Shown here piece by piece: positions 41,084-43,821 of a DNA stretch of 43,821 bases. Under the pieces are notes generated by a model that had not been told where the DNA came from, did no database searches, and was given only the letters and a program-made list of their open reading frames with translations. This stretch comes from Candidatus Micrarchaeaceae archaeon. GTDB taxonomy: Archaea > Micrarchaeota > Micrarchaeia > Micrarchaeales > CABMGC01. The DNA lies in the NCBI GenBank assembly GCA_038873795.1, contig JAVZDR010000002.1, positions 1 to 43,821 on the forward strand, written 5' to 3'. How positions within the stretch are numbered: position 1 is the first letter of the stretch; every line of letters starts with the position of its first letter. The position numbers and the translations under genes were made by a program.

Positions 41084-43821
41084 TCAGCGTTTTTGCCTCA
41101 TCTTCCTGGCAATTGCAGCCACTGCAAGCAGCCCCGCAACAAGCGCAATGCCGAGAAGCGCATCAAGGTTGCCGAAGCTCAGCTCCGCAAGGCCAATGTC
41201 TACGCTCGTTGACGTCTCATTCGGCGACCATGTGTAGTTTATTGCTGTAAACGTGAACTCGCTAGGTAATGACTGCGATGCAGCGGTGAGCGTGTTTGCG
41301 GATAGTGCAAGCCCTGGCTGCGTCACTGTTATGGGCTCTATGGGCTCGCCGTAGAATTTTGCTATTATTGGCACACCTTGCTCTATGCCACATGCAACAA
41401 TTGTGTTTAATGTGAAGTAACCGAGGCTGTTTGTTGTGGCAATACCCATTAGCCCAAGTTGCGGCGTGCAAATGCCTGTGCCATTCGAATACAGCGGTAT
41501 GCAGTATTGGGTGTTGCCCAGTGCGCTGTTCGGGCAAGACTGCCGTATATTATCTGCGCCGTATATGTTGCACATTGTGTAAATAGAATTAATAGGTGCA
41601 AGCAGGCTTTTCGGCGGCATAGGGCATTCCCCACTAGAATTGTATGCTGGCGCGTACGTAATTGTGTTCGCGTTGTTTGTGAGCCCTTTCCACATGGGAT
41701 TTGCAAGCGTGCATTCTCCAGTCGCTATCGAATTAGGTGAGTACGTGCACAACGAGACATTTATCGCGTTGGAACTGACGCTTGTTCTGTTGTAGTTTAT
41801 GTCCTTTCCGTAATACAGGTAGATCGGAGCATTCTGCAGAGGCACAGTCTTCAGGCCATAAAGCAGATTGTAATAGGCGCGCCCAGTAATGGTTATCGTT
41901 GTCGAATTCGCATTAGTTATGCTCACATTCGGTGTAGCGCTCATATCCAAAGTGGTTATGTTTGCTATGTCTGCATCAATAGGCATGTAGAAAGTGTTAT
42001 TGAACCTGTCGTTGAAGACATATATGAGTCTGTTGTAGCCAAGCATGCTAGCAACACTCCAGTGATTGAAATAACTGTAAACTGTAGAAGCATTGATGTT
42101 GAGGATAAGGGGATTTGTGTATGTTATCGCCTTATACCAGTCGAAGAGGCTTACAAAAGTCGGTATTATATTCTGCTGCAGCGTGTATGAAAGTATGAAA
42201 GGCATAATTTGGTAGCCGCCATTGGGCGCGCTTGTGTACAAGGCGCTTGCATATGTGCTCACCATATCACTATGAGTAGCTGCTATGTATGCCTTAGCGC
42301 CGTATATCTGGTTTGTCGGCATGGTAGATATATACTCGTAGCCGAACTTTGCACCGTTAGGCATAGTGAATGTATTGCTGGTCACCGAATAGTTGAAGAC
42401 ATGAGTAGCGTTGGCTACATACTGTATGCTGTTGAATGCCGGCGAGCTCACGTTCACATACAAGTTGCCAAATATTCTATTGTTCTCTATATTGAAGGCT
42501 ACCTGAGGAGGTATAATTAAGCCAATGTCAGACAGGTTAGGCACATAGTATCTAGTACCGCCATTGTATTGGGCATAGGTGTAGCCGCCTTCCAGCAGCG
42601 CAGCCAGTAGGTTTGAGTGCGAAGGCTGACTTATTGTTGAATTGTAATAAGTTATTATATTGGATGAGTACTGGTTTGCTATTGCTGGGCAACCCGAGTC
42701 GCTAGTCTGGAAATTTGTCCAGCTCTGGGTCTCTATGACATTGTATGTATATGGCACAACAAGGTAGCCAACAATATTGCTCGTAAGGCTTGATTGCAAG
42801 CCTGTAAACGGGATTGCGCCGCCGAAGCTGCTCCCTAGATTGTTCACCGACGTCATTGTGTTAGCCCCCAAACTGCAGGCTATGCATATTGCACAGTTCT
42901 TTGTGTTGCTGTTGCACTGGCTGCAGCTCGTTATGGTGTTTGCTGAGCATGCTCCGGAACCGCTTATACCGCCGGTAGAAGCGGGCGACGAATAAAGCAA
43001 GCCGCTGAATGTCAGGACCCAGCTGGGCGTGCCTATGCTCTCAAGGTACTTGAAGGGGTCCGTGGCAGAGAATATGGGTCTGCTCATGTATTGCAGGGAG
43101 GGCAGTACCTTGCATGGGAGGTTGTAGGGGTTGCTGACCAGATAGCATGAGAAAGGTGAGAAACCTCCAAAAAGTTTTGTATAGTTTTCAACAGGCAGTT
43201 TTGTTGTAACAAGGAAAGGATAAAAGTACCTATATGCTGAAGACTGACTCTGGGACTGGGAAAATATAGAATTAGTACTAGGTATAAGTATGTATATTGT
43301 GTTATTGTAGTTTGCCGAGAACCCAACGCCACTCAACAAGTAGCTGTAGTCGAACCTCAGGTGGCCGCTTGGCTGCGTAGAAAGGCTTATAGAAGAAACA
43401 TTTGCCAGGTTGTACAGGGCTTTGCCTGACGAGGTTTCGCCTGTCTGGTTCGCAAAATTGAGTAGCGGACCAATTGGAGGGAAGCCCCCATGATAATTGC
43501 TAGGCTGACCCATGATCGAAAATGATTCAAAAACCGGGTTTGAATTTAATAGTCTTGTGTCGGAGCTGCACGGTGGCACGTCACCACTGCCTATGGGAGA
43601 GGGAGAGCATGAGAAATTTGCAGCAGCAACACTTGCTGAAAGAACCCAGCCATAAGGTGGATATTCGCCGCTGAGATTTAATGTGGAAGTCGCGTAGAAG
43701 GCATTAGTTGTTTCGGTAGGGCCGACGCATTCATAAGTGCTGCCTGGAGTGTAGCATATGTTTCGTGTCTGCGCATAGCATGATGCTGCTATCTTCTGGC
43801 ACTGCGCGTTTGCTTGCGTGA
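41084..43821 (-). CDS. very large secreted / C-terminally anchored surface glycoprotein, N-terminus outside the window
   Basis: The reading frame stays open from 43579 (the track's GTG) to the window end, so the ORF is 5'-truncated and longer than 910 aa. It is Ser/Thr/Asn/Tyr-rich with many sequons. A Cys cluster (CSANTITSCSQCNSNTKNCAICIAC) is present. The C-terminus is a TM helix plus basic tail (LLGIALVAGLLAVAAIARKMRQKR). Confidence 0.6.
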   Translation of the reverse strand, partial: TQANAQCQKIAASCYAQTRNICYTPGSTYECVGPTETTNAFYATSTLNLSGEYPPYGWVLSASVAAANFSCSPSPIGSGDVPPCSSDTRLLNSNPVFESFSIMGQPSNYHGGFPPIGPLLNFANQTGETSSGKALYNLANVSSISLSTQPSGHLRFDYSYLLSGVGFSANYNNTIYILIPSTNSIFSQSQSQSSAYRYFYPFLVTTKLPVENYTKLFGGFSPFSCYLVSNPYNLPCKVLPSLQYMSRPIFSATDPFKYLESIGTPSWVLTFSGLLYSSPASTGGISGSGACSANTITSCSQCNSNTKNCAICIACSLGANTMTSVNNLGSSFGGAIPFTGLQSSLTSNIVGYLVVPYTYNVIETQSWTNFQTSDSGCPAIANQYSSNIITYYNSTISQPSHSNLLAALLEGGYTYAQYNGGTRYYVPNLSDIGLIIPPQVAFNIENNRIFGNLYVNVSSPAFNSIQYVANATHVFNYSVTSNTFTMPNGAKFGYEYISTMPTNQIYGAKAYIAATHSDMVSTYASALYTSAPNGGYQIMPFILSYTLQQNIIPTFVSLFDWYKAITYTNPLILNINASTVYSYFNHWSVASMLGYNRLIYVFNDRFNNTFYMPIDADIANITTLDMSATPNVSITNANSTTITITGRAYYNLLYGLKTVPLQNAPIYLYYGKDINYNRTSVSSNAINVSLCTYSPNSIATGECTLANPMWKGLTNNANTITYAPAYNSSGECPMPPKSLLAPINSIYTMCNIYGADNIRQSCPNSALGNTQYCIPLYSNGTGICTPQLGLMGIATTNSLGYFTLNTIVACGIEQGVPIIAKFYGEPIEPITVTQPGLALSANTLTAASQSLPSEFTFTAINYTWSPNETSTSVDIGLAELSFGNLDALLGIALVAGLLAVAAIARKMRQKR

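Noticed and set aside
1-43821. I searched for CRISPR arrays, transposases or integrases, tRNA-flanked islands with att repeats, rRNA genes, inteins and toxin-antitoxin pairs.
   Set aside because: There are no regularly spaced direct repeats and no recombinase-like ORFs. RtcB and the other large proteins have normal lengths with no intein blocks. The only PIN protein is the conserved Fcf1-like one upstream of rpoE, with no antitoxin partner.

Overview
This is an archaeal chromosomal segment. It is gene-dense, and most starts sit 4-5 nt after a GGTGA/GGTGG Shine-Dalgarno motif, with A/T-rich TATA-like boxes upstream. Most genes are information-processing housekeeping genes:
- the conserved rps19e / PDCD5-like / rpl39e / rpl31e / eif6 / pfdA / ftsY block
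- spt5-rpl11, and a PIN-rpoE-spt4 cluster
- fibrillarin, RtcB plus archease, GluRS, RNase Z, TruD, Trm5 and NAC
- lipid genes: GGGP synthase and a COG1964 radical SAM enzyme that looks like tetraether synthase Tes

I found three tRNA genes, all on the minus strand. tRNA-Val(GAC) and tRNA-Ala(UGC) are ordinary. The third is a class II tRNA-Ser(CGA) that only appears after removing two non-canonical introns, and its 3' exon lies antisense inside the end of truD.

Accessory-looking content:
- a REC response regulator with a degenerate GGDEF/Cas10-like palm output domain
- a tight operon of a KaiC-like ATPase, a Cys-repeat membrane glycoprotein and an N-terminally extended DHH/DHHA1 phosphoesterase
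- a stand-alone gene for a 40-residue hyper-acidic microprotein
- a surface-protein island at 37.7-43.8 kb, whose last gene runs off the window
- two class III signal peptide (pilin-like) genes
- a truncated NFACT (RqcH-like) gene and a free-standing ThrRS editing domain

Three conserved genes have N-terminal domains that reach upstream of any ATG/GTG/TTG, with CTG or GCG at the position the SD predicts. I saw no CRISPR array, transposase, integrase or rRNA.

All family calls come from reading motifs in the translations. No database search was run. The lineage guess (DPANN/Micrarchaeota-like or an acidophilic euryarchaeote) is inference only.
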